From contig JAUCBJ010007105.1 in assembly GCA_032718475.1 (NCBI GenBank), positions 15,234-79,233 of the forward strand: a DNA stretch of 64,000 nucleotides. The letters run 5' to 3'. Positions 36,202 through 49,578 of this stretch are shown here, one piece after another. The translations under genes were made by a program, and so were the position numbers. The notes under the pieces are model-generated. The model had not been told where the DNA came from, made no database searches, and saw only the letters and a program-made list of their open reading frames with translations. How positions within the stretch are numbered: the stretch's first letter is position 1; every line of letters begins with the position of its first letter. The stretch is from Nemertoderma westbladi. Lineage: Eukaryota; Animalia; Xenacoelomorpha.

Positions 36202-36696
36202 ATGGCTAGGAGTACAGCCAAGCTTGCTAAATCCAAGGCGGATCCAAACGTCACGCGACAGCGATTGGACGCTTATAACAAAACAGCGGAGGAGTTACGC
36301 GCGGAGTTCAAAGCGTTGTACCCCTACGATGCGTTATGCGACGCCAGCGACGTTTGCGAGAACCCCGAGCTGATATTAGCCAAACCACCAAAGTCTGCGT
36401 TACCAAGAAGGCGGTCGTTTCATCTCCCGTCGTCCCCTTTCCTAGCGTTTTGGAACCACCGACAACTCGACGCCGAAGTCCGAGCCCAGTTCGACCTCGA
36501 CCACCACCCAATCGCAATAGAGGACGTGGACGAGCCCGCTCAGCGAAGGAATAGGAAGCGAGTGGAAGGAAGGCTTGCGAGCCTACCGATTTGGATATTA
36601 TATTTGGATATTATATTTGGGTATTTATATCGGACGTTGGGTTTGGAAGAACGAGATATGGAAAGGAAGGCTTGCGAGCCTACCGTTAGCAATTGA
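36202..36696 (+). CDS. Additional 3' ORF of unknown function (~164 aa from the ATG)
   Basis: ATG in good context (agtATGG); GC-rich coding-like island between AT-rich UTR segments; hydrophobic stretch near the C-terminus. Confidence 0.5.
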   Translation: MARSTAKLAKSKADPNVTRQRLDAYNKTAEELRAEFKALYPYDALCDASDVCENPELILAKPPKSALPRRRSFHLPSSPFLAFWNHRQLDAEVRAQFDLDHHPIAIEDVDEPAQRRNRKRVEGRLASLPIWILYLDIIFGYLYRTLGLEERDMERKACEPTVSN

Positions 36697-37151
36697 TGCT
36701 CAGGAGAATATATCCAGACCAGCAGGACGAACTTTTCAGTTCGTCAGGAGGACATTATTGAAAGTTATTAGCGCATTATGTTTATATTAAATTTGGACTG
36801 ATTTAATTTGGTGAAGGTTTATTATGTATATTTACAATATATAAAGATTTATCGAAAGAGTTTGATTTATTTGTTCGATTTGTTTGATTTATTTGTTCTG
36901 ATTTGTTTATTTGCTTATATTGATAACCGAAAGCCTTTTTTTTGTATTTTAGGCACTAAAGTTAATTCGTAAATTTGTATTTGTATGTACGATCGATTGT
37001 ATTTACGCCGTATCTGCAATATTAAGTATGCAATGATTAGATAGTGATTATATTTTATATTTTAGGCCCTACCAGTAAATTTAGAAATAGTTTGTAGATA
37101 TTTTATATTTGATTGGTGAAAACAGTCTTACTTACTGTTTTCATGGAGCGG

Positions 37152-39454
37152 TGATGAATTATTTCACTATAAGGTAGCATTTGTAGTTTAACTTTAACGT
37201 AAAAACTTTTGAAAATCCGACGTATTTGGATTAAATTACAGTAATGTAATATGCCTATTCATATTTGTACACATAAAACCCTTAGGTACTCTCGTGGCGT
37301 AGTGGTCAGATGGTTAAGGCGTTGGTTACATTACGTAGGTTACGAGTTCGAATCCCAGTCGGGAAATTTGTATTTTGGGGCCATTTATTTTCGTGTGGTG
37401 CTAATTGGTAGGCCAATGAGAAGCGTACAGCGTAGCGAATGATGAGCCAGGCCAATCATAGGGCATAAATTATCTTATTGCTCAAATGTGAGGCAGTGGA
37501 AAATTCTGTTAGGATTCCATGTCCCAGATTAGTGTAAGGGCTGGACTGCGTTGAACGATGAGCTGGGCCAATCATAGGGCACGAAGCACTTCATTGCTCA
37601 ATTGTGAAGCTGTGGAAATTTCTGTTTAGTTTCCATGTGCAATTTCTAGTATAAAAGGCCGGTTTGCCTTCGGTTATCACGTTATTATCACCTTATGTTA
37701 TGTCACTTCTTAGCACTTTGTAAAACTCTTACTTTAGTTTCCATTTAGTTTATTTCGGTTTCTTGTTGAAACTTTATTTGATAAATCCTTTTGTAAAACT
37801 GTAAATATACTGCAATTTCCTGACATGTTTTCTTTTGGTCCGACTTCGGGACAGCCGAACACCAGGGAGATGGCAGCCTAGACCGTTAGGCCGTAAGCAA
37901 CGCAGGGAAGGGATGTCCACAACACGCTAGCGCCCACATTTGGATTGACCGCGCACCCCCTTTGCCCCTTCGAAATGCTCAACTTGCTATGCAGCGCCCG
38001 CTTTGTGAGAAAGGTAAGACTTTGTTCGACGCCCTTGCCCGCCGTAAGACCTATAGATCAGGGTAAGCGTGACACCGCACTGGACGCCGCAAATTTAGGA
38101 TCAAATAATTATATCCAGACACCCCCCCTTTGTCAAGTCCTACGAACCCCTGGGTTAACCTGTACTTCCTACAGGTGCGAACTATTGCCATTCGTCAGTA
38201 CGCGAGTACATATTAGGTACGGACAGCATATGTTCCATAATTTAGTGAGTCGTAGCACTGACTGTTTGGTACCGGTTCGCTTTGTAGAACGTACATTAGT
38301 ACCCCCCCCCCCCCCCCCCCCTGTCTGGAGTTAGCTATTTGATCAGGCAAGGAGCATTTCTGCTACCGGCACACTGCTTGGCCTAGGGAGGTTTATTAAT
38401 ATCCTACCGCGCCTTGCCACGTACTGATAGGTATTGCTGCTAACTACCGCAGCAACAAAGTTCTAGAATTAAATTAGTATACCAGATCAGCTAACGTACG
38501 GTAGCGATTAACCCTTATTCTTATCTTACAACCAGAATCTGGTATTAGTGCCGATCACGGGTGTAGTTACTAACACTGTGGTTGCCCATTGGGTTGTGGA
38601 TAGGAAGGAGAGAGCTTTGACGTCATTCGTGAGTATAAAGTTCTACAAACGCGACTAGTTTATTTTAGTAGCTAGCGCACGGTATCATTTTAGTCAGAAA
38701 ATCACTAAAACCTAGTAAAAGGAATTACACGAAATTGTTTTATTTGTAACACACCCACACACACACACCCACACACACACGCCCTAAAACATATCGCCCT
38801 TAAAGTTCTACTAGCTATAGCGTACTATACATTACGTTAGGTGGAAATTATTTGTATTTGTAAAATTAGGATCTGATTTGATTGCGGCAAGATAAGGAGT
38901 ATTTCACTTTCGTTATTAAACTGTTGTTTGTCTGGACAACGGTATTGTTACATTTAGGCCTGACCCTTTAGACTGATTTCGTACAGGGGGATCAGTTATC
39001 GTTACATTTAGGCACGACCCCTTTTCGACTGATTTAGGACTGTCAGTGTTGTTACGCTAGGTCTGTTAACCCACTAGCTCGTATATAAACCATATAAATC
39101 ACACCGCGGCAAGTTACTGTATTTAGGACTGTCAGTGATAGTTAGGATTCGCTGCGCGGGGATTGTTTTCCCGTGAGTTTGGTCTGTTACTGTAACTGTA
39201 CATCTGCCTCACCGGTTAGAGGACAGGTATCCTTCTGTCTAGTACGTAGGCATTAGACCCGCTCACGTACATAGAATAGATACAAGGCTCTGTTCCTCGC
39301 CAGTAGTCGTTTGTGTACTATATCTGTTTGTTTAGATATCCTGGACTGGGATTTGTTGTCAGATACTGTACAAGCCCGTATACATTACTAGAGTCTCATA
39401 GTAAGATACATCGTTACTAGGATCTGGTAAGCGGTATACTACTGGACCCTTACA
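37152..39454 (+). repeat. 3' LTR (2303 bp)
   Basis: Preceded by a short purine-rich GGAGCGG (PPT-like) and followed by TSD GTGTA. Confidence 0.96.
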
Positions 39455-39479
39455 GTGTAACTTAATGAAAATTCAAATC

Positions 39480-39891
39480 GTGACATACACACAAGGATTT
39501 TTACACATACACATGTGGTATAGTAAGTTACACACAAGATTGAGTATGTTACACACATAGTACAGTAAATTACGTAAATGGTACAGTTAGTTACAAATAT
39601 GATTGAATAAGTTACACATGTGGTACAATAAGTTACACATGATTGAGAACGTCACACATGTGGTACAATAAGTTATGCATGCACATGGTTAAGTAAGTTA
39701 TACATGTGGTTCAGTAAGTTACATACTGTATTTGGTATGGTACATTAAGTTACACAAATGGTAAAGAAAGTTACACACACGGTTCAGTAAGTTACAAACA
39801 TGATTGAGTAAGTCACTCACGTGGTACAGTAAGTTACATATGTGGTCCATTAAGCTACACATGATTGAGTACGTTACACACACACGTGGTT
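39480..39891. repeat. Degenerate ~22-bp minisatellite
   Basis: acatgtggtacagtaagttac-like units. Confidence 0.8.
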
Positions 39892-41620
39892 CAGTGCTCG
39901 CGTATATGGTGTAAACCGAGGACTTTCGCGTAGTACATTACCCGCGAACTGAGGACTTGTAACGAACCCAGGACGTCCTCGGTTCGCAGTGACGGCAGAA
40001 ATAGTGGCTGAGTGGTAGTGTAGTGCAGTAGTTTGTGATTGTGATGATATACGGTACTGTCAGGGTCAGCTATAGGCCTATACAACAGATATATCAGTAG
40101 GCTTATTATGACTGTATGATATTGCTGTGGCAGCTGGTACTCCAAGATATATCATAGGGCAGTAGGGCCTACATTACTGTATTATTGTATATTACACATC
40201 AGAATTACTCCGATATTCCGAATTCTGATACGGGCCTAATAAATAATGGCGTCCACTCATTGCACTCCTAATCGTAAATCACCGATTTGGGATTACTTTC
40301 AAATCGATTCTGTTGACAATTCGACAGCAGTTTGCATAGTTGGTGGAGATTGCAACACGCGTATTTCGAGGGGAACCAAAAATAAACCACATACTTTCGG
40401 CACAGGGAATTTATTCGGCCATCTGAAAGCAAAACACAAAACTCAATTCCACCAAGCAAAACGAGACCAAGATGAAACGAAGAAAGCGAAGGAAATTTAC
40501 AAAAATAAGAAAAGTTCTATCTATATCATTGATAAAGATAACGGGAGTAGGTCTACCGGTCATGGTCTCTCTCTCTCCAGTTCCAGTACGAGTTCTATTA
40601 GTACCTGTACTGGTAGTACCGTTAATATCTGTACTACAACTCCATCCACTCAAGTGGTTGATTTGACAGATGCCCCTAAATATCCTGTAGATACCCTGTA
40701 GCGCCAGCTGTAGCGACCCCTGCCGTTCATACTAGGTCTATGCCTTTAAGACAGACGAGTCTCGCGGAGCTGATGTTACGAAAGGAACCCTATTCAAAAG
40801 GTAACGAACATCAGATAGATCTTAACTATTTACTAACGGAAATGTTGGTGGATGAAATGTTGCCGTACAACCTAGTTAATAAACGATCCTTCCAAGTTTT
40901 CATTAATGCACTTAATCCACGTTTTGTGATTCCAAGCGATTTTCTAATTCGCACGGTAATAATGCCGGATATTTACACTAGAGTGCGGGGAAAGGTCATG
41001 GAAGTGATGAAGAACATTACTTGGTTTGCTGGTACGACAGATATATAGAGTTCAGAACGTAAGGACTCGTATATCAGCTTTACATGTCACTATATCGACG
41101 AGTCCTGGGAAAGAAAATGTGCAGTTCTCGAATGTCTTCCCTTCCCCGGTTATCATTCTGGCGATCGTATTGCGGCGGCCTTAAAAGAAGCAGTTGACGA
41201 CTGGGGACTAGGTTCTAAACTCCACTTAATTTTGCGTGATAATGCGTTGAATATGGTTAATGGGATGGGGTTAAACGGATGGAGAAATTGTGGATGCTTT
41301 CCCCATGGCCTACATCTAGTAGTGGTGACCAACGCAATTGATTCACAACCTTCACTTAAGTTAACAATTTCTAAGATACGGAAAACCGTAGCTTTCTTCC
41401 GCAGAAGCAATTTAGCCATGAATGAGTTGCGTAAAGCACAGCAAATCGAACGCCAACCGCAAAGAACCTTTCTCATTGATTCTGCCACTCGGTGGTCAAG
41501 TTTATACCATATGATAACTCGTTTCGTTGAACAAAAACACGATATCTTAAGGGCCCTTGCAGAGCTGGGGAAGACCGTGAGGTTAAATACTTTAGACTGG
41601 GAGATTGTACAGAAGGTAAG
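39892..41620 (+). mobile_element. Decayed hAT transposon (BED finger plus transposase)
   Basis: SPIWDYF...AVCIV..C...NLFGHLKAKH BED finger; TTDI*SS...SYISFTCHYID; RDNALNM; CFPHGLHLVV; DSATRWSSLYHMITRF; candidate CAGTGCTCG terminus at 39892; right end not found. Confidence 0.88.
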
Positions 41621-43254
41621 ATTTTCTTTACATTGCATGTTATTCAATCGATTTTATAAAATTTTCGATCGATTATCAATGATTTTCGATTAAATTACCA
41701 ATGTAAAATATAAAAAGATTTCAATAATTTATTGGTTACTAATAGAAAAATTTTCTTTGTAAAAAGAAGATAATGTTTAATATTTCTTAATAGTTCTATT
41801 CTTACTAGGTGGCGGATGGAGAACCGATTGTCTGATGGTGGCAAGAAACCACCTATAGCATTACTTTGGCACTCATAATTACGCATACGCATAATTCGTA
41901 TATATACGATAAAGAAAATAACTGTGCTATAGGGTCATCGAAAAAGACCTTTGTGAAAGCTCTGGTGGAACTGGAGCAACAGGAGGATTAATAGGACATA
42001 TATATTACATATATACTGGAACATGATGATTGATGAGTATATATATATTGAGATTATAGATTGAGATATATTGAGACTGAACCTTATAGATTAGTTTGTT
42101 TTTTTATATTAATTTCTAGGGGTTAACAGTAAACTTTATTTATTTTATTTGTATTTGTAAAATTTTGTATTTGTATAAATTGTTTAACACGATCACAATC
42201 ATGATAAAGCAAAATACCATATCTTGAAAATTGTCATTTGAAAATCAAGATTACATATCTCCTCTTCCTCAACTCTCGTTCTGGAACTAGTCAATGAACA
42301 AACCTTTATGTATCACATTCTATTTAAATTCCCGGGAATATATACATATTATTATTAACAACATATATATTGTCAAACTGGTCGGCTACAATAACTCTTC
42401 AAAATTGCTAAATAACATTGTCTATTTAACCAAACTGAAAACTGCAGGATATTTATATAATTAATTTCACAAAACTCAAAAAATTATATTCTGAAATTAA
42501 CAAGATATAAATTGTCAAATTGTTTAGCTACAAAAATAATGAAATTTGTTTGACCGGTGTTATCCATAGAATCAGAGGGCGGTTGTTCCGTTTCGGGTCA
42601 GTGTGAACTGAGTTCTTCTACCATCAACTCATATTTGTGCATCAATTAACCCATTAAGCTGGTTCTTATATCTTTGTGTTTTTCTAATGCCCTTCACACC
42701 ATCAATAATCCTTCCAAGTTCAAACAGTCTAATAGTAACCCGTGGCTGCCTCTGAAAAACAGGCAATTGCACCTCAGCATTAGCCAGGTGCCAGATATCC
42801 TCATCACCCCATATGGTATGGCCTTTGGTTGGTTTTGGTTACAAAAAATATAATAATAGCAATAGGCAGATAGCAGATAGGTACCATAATAATTCACAAA
42901 AAATAATAACAAACAGCTTACAGCTTATAGAGAAATTAACAACAGCGAACATACTATACTATACAGCAAACTTTGTTCCGATTTTAGTGAATTTTGTTCC
43001 AATGAAAATTAATAATTCTGCCTCCTCACTCGCAAATCGATGGCGAATTTTGTTCCTAAGAAGGCGAATGTATTCTGCATTAAGTATATATATATAAAAA
43101 AATATATAAATATATAAAAATATAAATATCTTTTAAATATATATATCTTATTAATAAATACTCCAAATACATAAAATGAAAGTAATTTTCAGAATTGGAT
43201 CAAAGTTCGCAATGATAGAAACAAAGTTCGCACTACTAATTGGAACATAATTAA

Positions 43255-43527
43255 TCTATACCTATAAAAATCAAATTCTCTCTCTCTCTCTCTCTCTCTG
43301 TGTTCGAACTCCTCCAAAACGGGCAAAGGGATTGCGCTGGAACTTGGCATGTGTGTATAACTTTAACCAGCGGTCGTTATAGGCCACTTTTCGAAAAGTT
43401 TAATTCACGTTCAGTACCGGTACTAGGTACCGGTACGTCAGTAGGCCTATACCGGTACCAGTACGCCAGTAGGCCTATGCCGGTAGTGGGAAATACCGGG
43501 TAACATGCCTCGGGTATTGCCTGCTAG
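43255..43527 (+). mobile_element. Non-autonomous Helitron (273 bp)
   Basis: A|TC start, internal (TC)n, subterminal hairpin aataccggg...tcgggtatt and CTAG|T end. Confidence 0.8.
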
Positions 43528-44856
43528 TTATATATAAGATAAAAGAATCAGTCGAAACTTCTGGATTTTGATACTAGAAAATATAATATAAGGTTATTAC
43601 GTAAAGCAATTATAGGCCTAGAATAATAGTGTAAATTATTCTTAAGGGCAATGAGTTAACCCTATTCAACTAATAGATCAACTAATTGTAAATTATTATT
43701 TCTATACAGTAGGGCGGTATTTAATATGCTATTTACTTAATTACTATTTAGATTAATTACGATATTCCTGACATGACATCACTTTACTAACAATAACATC
43801 ATTAAAACACTCAATCATGTGCTTTAATTATTTAAAGTTAATTATTTACTTATATATTACTTATATATAACGCATGATTATATCTATCAACATGTTTAGC
43901 TGGACTATAAAATTTTGTGTTACTATGCTGTTAATAGTTACTTGGTGCTGTGACTGCCATGTTTAATATTTTATAGTCGATAATAATATATATATATATG
44001 GCGTCTCTCTTTGAATATTCACATCTTGAACTCAATATTTATTGAGGTCTATCGAATCGACTACATCCAATTCCTCAAATCCATCAAAGCTATTATCATC
44101 ACTCCAATCACTGTCACAATCAATTACAGATACTTCTGCATCTGATTCATTTTCGGGGTCAGAAATATCCGCATCCGGAAATATAATAAGTTGTCGTTCT
44201 ATACCATCACCATGTGGTCTACGGAGCTTAGATCTATACTCTATATTTGAGTCCATTGCCATAATTGACAAAATTATTAAAACTATACGACTACCAACCA
44301 TGGAGAAAGTTACTCTACTAAGTACTAGACTTTTGAACTACTGAGTACTGGGTACTGAGTATGAACTTATCTCTTATCACCAATGAAAGTCAGCAGACAA
44401 AATAATAAACGTAGAACTAAGTAACATCAATATAAGTATTGCTTGAAATTTGAAATTCCCGCCAATAGCTAAATATGTCTTGAAGCCGGGTGTTGCCATA
44501 TGGATACAGTGAAACATTGCAATAATATGGGAAAAGTATGAAATTAATAAAAAAAGTGAATTCATGGATCAATTCTACACACATTTATTGTACCGAGGCT
44601 ATTTTTTCAGTTGCTGAATTTAGGGGACCATGTAATAAACATTATAAATTGGACAAACTAATATGTATGAGTCAACTATGGATATATATGGATCAACTAT
44701 AGACTTTTTGCGACTATATAGTAAAGAGATAGTTGATCTCCACCCCCAAAACAACAAAAGTTAAAATTCTTATAAACCTGCAGCATGGCGGCATTGCCAA
44801 TATGTCGTTTCCATTTGGCAACAGTAGGTACAAACGGGTTAAAGATGGCAAACGCT

Positions 44857-45420
44857 TCAGTCAATGTCATTATCAAATGCCGTTTTTTGTTTTTTCAGTT
44901 TTTGACCTTCCACTATAACTGTAACCACATCAGCTTTCCCTGGCGAAATACGTGAAGTCTCATCATTCGAATAATATTCGACAATGGTGTTAATTGTATC
45001 TTGATCTATCCCACTGTTAATAGTTGTCGCTTTTCCTGGCTTTATGATAGCGATTCCCTCGGACATGGCGAGTTTCCTTATAACTTCAGACTTCTTGCGT
45101 GGACTGTTAGGCATCGACCGTTTCGCACGCTGAACGACTTTACATAGTGATTGAATCGTAGTATACCGACTTGAAGGCGACATACTTGTGGTGGCATTAG
45201 AAGTGGCAGTTTGAGAAAGTTTGACAGATTTTAGTTTCCTGAATTTTTGAACTCGTAATCTAGTCTCGACTCGAAGTTTATTCAAAGTTTCCATTGATAA
45301 TTCTTGGCGTTTTTTGCTCTTCCTCTCTCTATCTAGCCGAAGAAACTCATATTTATCCAATACCTTCCGAAGTTGAATATATTCTTTCTGTCTCTCTGCA
45401 TTTGATTTCGGTTTTCCCAT
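44857..45420 (-). pseudogene. Sola2-like transposase N-terminal fragment
   Basis: SNAERQKEY, MPNSPRKKSEV, EYYSNDETSRISPGKADVV, KKQK; family name is from recalled motifs. Confidence 0.6.
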
Positions 45421-45636
45421 GCTCTGATAGGCCTACTGTAATTAAATATAGATTAATTCCGCTATTAAATAAGGCACAGTTAAAGCAATAATTGTTGTAA
45501 AAGTAAATTTCGGCTTTTCAGTGGTACTGTACCTATCAAAAACAAATAATATAAACACGATATAGAGAGCGATTATATTAGATCAAAGTAGAGCCAAGAC
45601 TCACTTAATTTTTCACTTTGTGCCAGCTTGCGGTGT

Positions 45637-45743
45637 AACTAGAAAGTCCGTGGCCGAAGGCCGCGGACTTCTGAGGCGGGTACCCAAATAGACTGGGGTA
45701 GAGACGAGTTTATCAAACCTGTCGCAAAGCGGACTTTCTAGTT
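45637..45743. mobile_element. Small element with 14-bp inverted ends
   Basis: AACTAGAAAGTCCG...CGGACTTTCTAGTT with internal hairpin gaaagtccgtggcc-gaa-ggccgcggacttc. Confidence 0.6.
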
Positions 45744-45849
45744 GTAATAATAAATATATAAAAATATAATATATAAAAAATATAATATGTCTGTGAATAC
45801 TTATATACGAGATTGCAAGTTTCAAAGGGATTGCGTATTATAGGAAGCC

Positions 45850-46200
45850 AAGGAAGACATTCAATATTAAGTGATGCCCAGGAATCAGATTTAGCAAACT
45901 GTATGGAAAGCATGGCTGCGATGGGCTTTGCCCTGATAAGAAAGCAAATTCACGGGATTGTTGAAACTTACTGTATGCTTGGAATGGGATAATGTATAAG
46001 CCTGGCACCTCTACTATATGGTGTCCGGGAAGGGATTGGCTACAATTGTTCATGGCCCGGAATAAACTAAGCAGCAAAAAAACTAAAACAATGCAAGCAG
46101 GGAGAGTCAGTGCAATAAAAAACCCTTTCATCATCAATGATTTTTACGATAAACTTGAAAATATTTTTCATACAACTGATCTGAAAGATAAACCTGCTAA
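45850..46200 (+). pseudogene. pogo/Tigger-like transposase fragment (CENP-B-type HTH)
   Basis: PGRDWLQLFMARNKLS.KK...MQAGR...NPFIINDFYDKLE. Confidence 0.7.
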
Positions 46201-46980
46201 TAAACCTGCCCTTCGTTTAGAGATTTATATAGTATTATTATTCATACAGTCATATATACAGTATACATATTCTGATAGCTTCGAGAACATTGCAATCTGT
46301 TGTCGGATGATAGGTTTCAGAGTTTAGTATACAACCCTATGTGATTACTATACTGCAGTACTGACGTGCATATTATACTGACTGGAATTATTGTCCAGTC
46401 TGCATGTCTGCCTATGTCGTGTAAACGCTAGTATTTTTTGCACCACACAGACTATATATTTTTGGTAGATATCAATGTCAATCAGTCACAGGTTCTGTCA
46501 GTCGACAATTAATAGTTAGGTTGTTTGTATTACTGTTTATATTAACCTGTGCCTGTACCGTCTGATATAATAAAGCCCAAAGGAGTTCTTGTGCGTATGA
46601 ACAAAGTACTATAGTTTTCATCACCTGCATAGGTTTACCTGGACTACCGCAAGTTGGCATACGTCAGTACGTGAATGGACGATGACACCGTGCGGTATTC
46701 ACAACCGCTCACAGCCTCTAAAGGAAATTGTAAATATGACATAAATCAAATACAACTAGAAGTATATTAAAATAATAGGCAAACAAATAATAAAATGGAA
46801 CAGAATACAAAAAATCACCAATACATATATATGTCAATCACAAAAATAGTAACACACTGACATTCATGATACTAAATCAAATTGCACTGCCATATTAGGC
46901 AGTTTTACCCATAATTTTGTATAAAATGTCAATTTTTATACACTTCCTGCTGGAAGTGTATAACCATGTCAAAATGCTAG

Positions 46981-48110
46981 TTGAGGAACACTGTCATAGT
47001 AGAAGAGCCTGGTGGGAAGTATTTGGGACACGTTGCTCCACAATCAGGCTCTGCCATTAGCATCAAAGATGCAATGGTTGACTTCTTTGACCATGAAAAC
47101 ATTCTTCTTAGTTATCTTCATATAATTGGCAGTGATGGGACAAACGTCAATACTGGAAGATCAGGTGGTGTCATTCGGCTATTAGAGATGCAAATTATGC
47201 GTCCACTTCAATGGGTGATATGTTTGCTCCATGTCAATGAGCTGCCTCTCCGGCATCTCTTCATTAAACTTGATGGTCCAACAACTGGTCCAAAGGCTTT
47301 TAAAGGCCCAATTGGGAAACAAATTAACAATAACGCTTTACCCTCGATTGCTTCATTACCAGTCATCCCTTAGTGTTCATTTGAATCACCAACTTTTATG
47401 CGTCTTGACAATAATGTTATTTGTACTCTCAGTACTGATCAGAAATATCTGTATCAGAAAACATTAGCAATTATTGATGGGAAGTGTCCCGATCATCTGG
47501 CAAAGTGTGATCCTGGAAAAATGGCACACTCTAGATGGGTTACTACAGCAAATAGAATTTGCCGCCTCTACATCAGTACACAGAAGCCAACAAATGCCCT
47601 TGAAACACTTGTAAGTTTTATTGTAACTGTTTATTCACCAATATGGTTTCAGATAAAACGTCAGTGCCGAATTCAGGATGGTTCACGTAATTTCCACTTG
47701 ATGGTGGAGTCAACACGTAACTTAGGAGAACATGTTTGTAAAACTGTTTATCCTGTGTTACAGCGCAACGCATTCTCAGCTCACCCAGAGAACTTGCTCT
47801 ACTCAATGCTTCATGATGAGCAACGGTGTATTCGTGAGCTTGCAGTCCGTCGGATTTGGAAAGCCCGTGAAACAAAAAGTGTTGGAACATCACCAAGGGA
47901 ATTCACAGTTCCAACTATCAACTTCGCTGCATTCAACTACTATGATCTCATCAATTGGAATGCAATTCGCATCACTTCTCCACCAATTGTTGATGATATA
48001 CCATCTGACAAACTGTTTGAGAAGTTTGTTGATACTTCTCCATAACCACATACCCAAATCATAGCCAAGGTGTAGAACGAATGGTGCATGCTGTCACTCA
48101 AGTTTCATCT
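46981..48110 (+). pseudogene. DDE transposase C-terminal half with CxxH motif, superfamily unassigned
   Basis: EEPGGKYLGH, GSDGTNVNTG, WVICLLHVNELPLRHL, HSRWVTTANR, HPENLL, HSQGVERMV; stop codons present. Confidence 0.75.
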
Positions 48111-48239
48111 ATGCTACCGTATCGCCTACACTATCTCTTCCAGCATGGCCTATAGTATATGCAGTAAGGCCTACAGTATGTCCTGCAGTCTGCCTGTGTC
48201 CTTCCGGACAGAAGTTTAATCTTCTCGAATATTCCAAGA

Positions 48240-49578
48240 AGTCATCCCCGTGACTACCGTACTCTCGATCGGCAGCTATGTTCCGTCGGGAAGTTTCTCT
48301 TCGATCCCCTCTCCTGTCCTTGTCCTCGCACCGGTACATCCTGTACCCTTCTCCCGGTGTGTGGTATATCTCACCGGCTTGCATCTCTCCGGGGTGACGG
48401 CAATCTCCCGGAGTTCAACCCCACCGACTCTCTAACTCCATCTCTGCTACCGACGGTTTACTGTCCGTCCTTCCTCTCCGGTTGCTCGTAGCAACCGGAG
48501 AGGAAGGTAGTTATCTTCAGTTCATCTCACTTCAGTATAGTGATCCTCCTCGTGAGATCTCGCTTCGACCTCCCGGATAAACTCCACTGTTCTTCTTCCG
48601 TCTTCCGACTGGGCTCGACCTCTTCTCGCTTGCCCGCTCACGGCGCCAACATCTCTCTCTCTGCCCGTTTGGACGGTCCTGGGGATACTCGCAATCCCCC
48701 TACTAATCTCTGTCGCTGGGTGCCGCGGTTCACCTAACTCGCTGTGCGCATCGGCCGCCGACGCTTGTGGGACATTCTCTGCCCCCCCCCCCCCCCCCCT
48801 CTCGCCACTAATCTATCGCGGTGGGGTGCTCATAGCCCCCATTCGCCACCTCCTACTTTGCTTCTACGCCCCTCTCTAGTTGACGCACTATCTCTACCCT
48901 CGCTGGGTCTACTCACCCCCTCTTCTCCCTGTGCTACTGCGTGGCCTTGCAGGCTCCCGTTGGATTGACTCACCCCCGCTACTCCCTGCGTAACGACGTG
49001 GCCTTGCAGGCTCTCGTTGGCTGGGCCATCTGTTCCCCCTGCGTTTGTATTAATCGCACCATTATTAATAATATTATTTTGATTAATTTCCTCGGGGTTA
49101 TTATTTAACGTAATATTGTTACCTAAATTATTATTTAAATTATTTTGTTCAGAATTAGGGTTGTTATTTGGATTATTTTGCACATTTAAATTAGAATTAT
49201 TATTTGGATTATTTTGCACATTTAAATTAGAATTATTATTTTGCACATTTAAATTAGAATTATTATTACCGGATAAAATATTATTGCCAGTATTTTATTT
49301 GCCTTATTGCCAGTAGTGAAATTCGAGATAGCGGAGGAAAAAGTCGGTTCGTCTTCTTCGCCCCAGTTGAGCGTCGTAGTCTGCGTCGCCTGAGGTACCG
49401 GTACCAATACCGGTAAACGTTTCGGATCTGGGGAGGCTACAGGTGAGGAATGAGACATTGCACTGTAAGAACGTTTGGACGGACCATCACTACGATTTAA
49501 TTCTGTTTCTGTCATGCGAGTGCAAGTTCCCGTTGCCGTTGGGTTCATTTCGCAGCAGGAAGGATAGCAGCGAGCCAA
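48240..49578 (-). pseudogene. Decayed low-complexity ORF (Asn-rich repeats), possibly a retroelement ORF1
   Basis: Adjacent minus-strand ORFs with NNNSNLNVQ repeats and R/E/G-rich segments; no diagnostic motif. Confidence 0.35.
48469..48507. repeat. Perfect 18-bp-stem hairpin
   Basis: CCTTCCTCTCCGGTTGCT-CGT-AGCAACCGGAGAGGAAGG. Confidence 0.9.

Larger units (their letters stand above)
22236..39454 (+). mobile_element. Full-length BEL/Pao LTR retrotransposon (element 1, 17.2 kb)
   Basis: TG...CA LTRs, 5-bp TSD GTGTA at 22231-22235 and 39455-39459, and gag-PR-RT-RH-IN order with BEL-type motifs. Confidence 0.97.

Noticed and set aside
44032-44301. Acidic ORF as a piggyBac-like N-terminus
   Set aside because: Only compositional similarity; no catalytic region or termini found.
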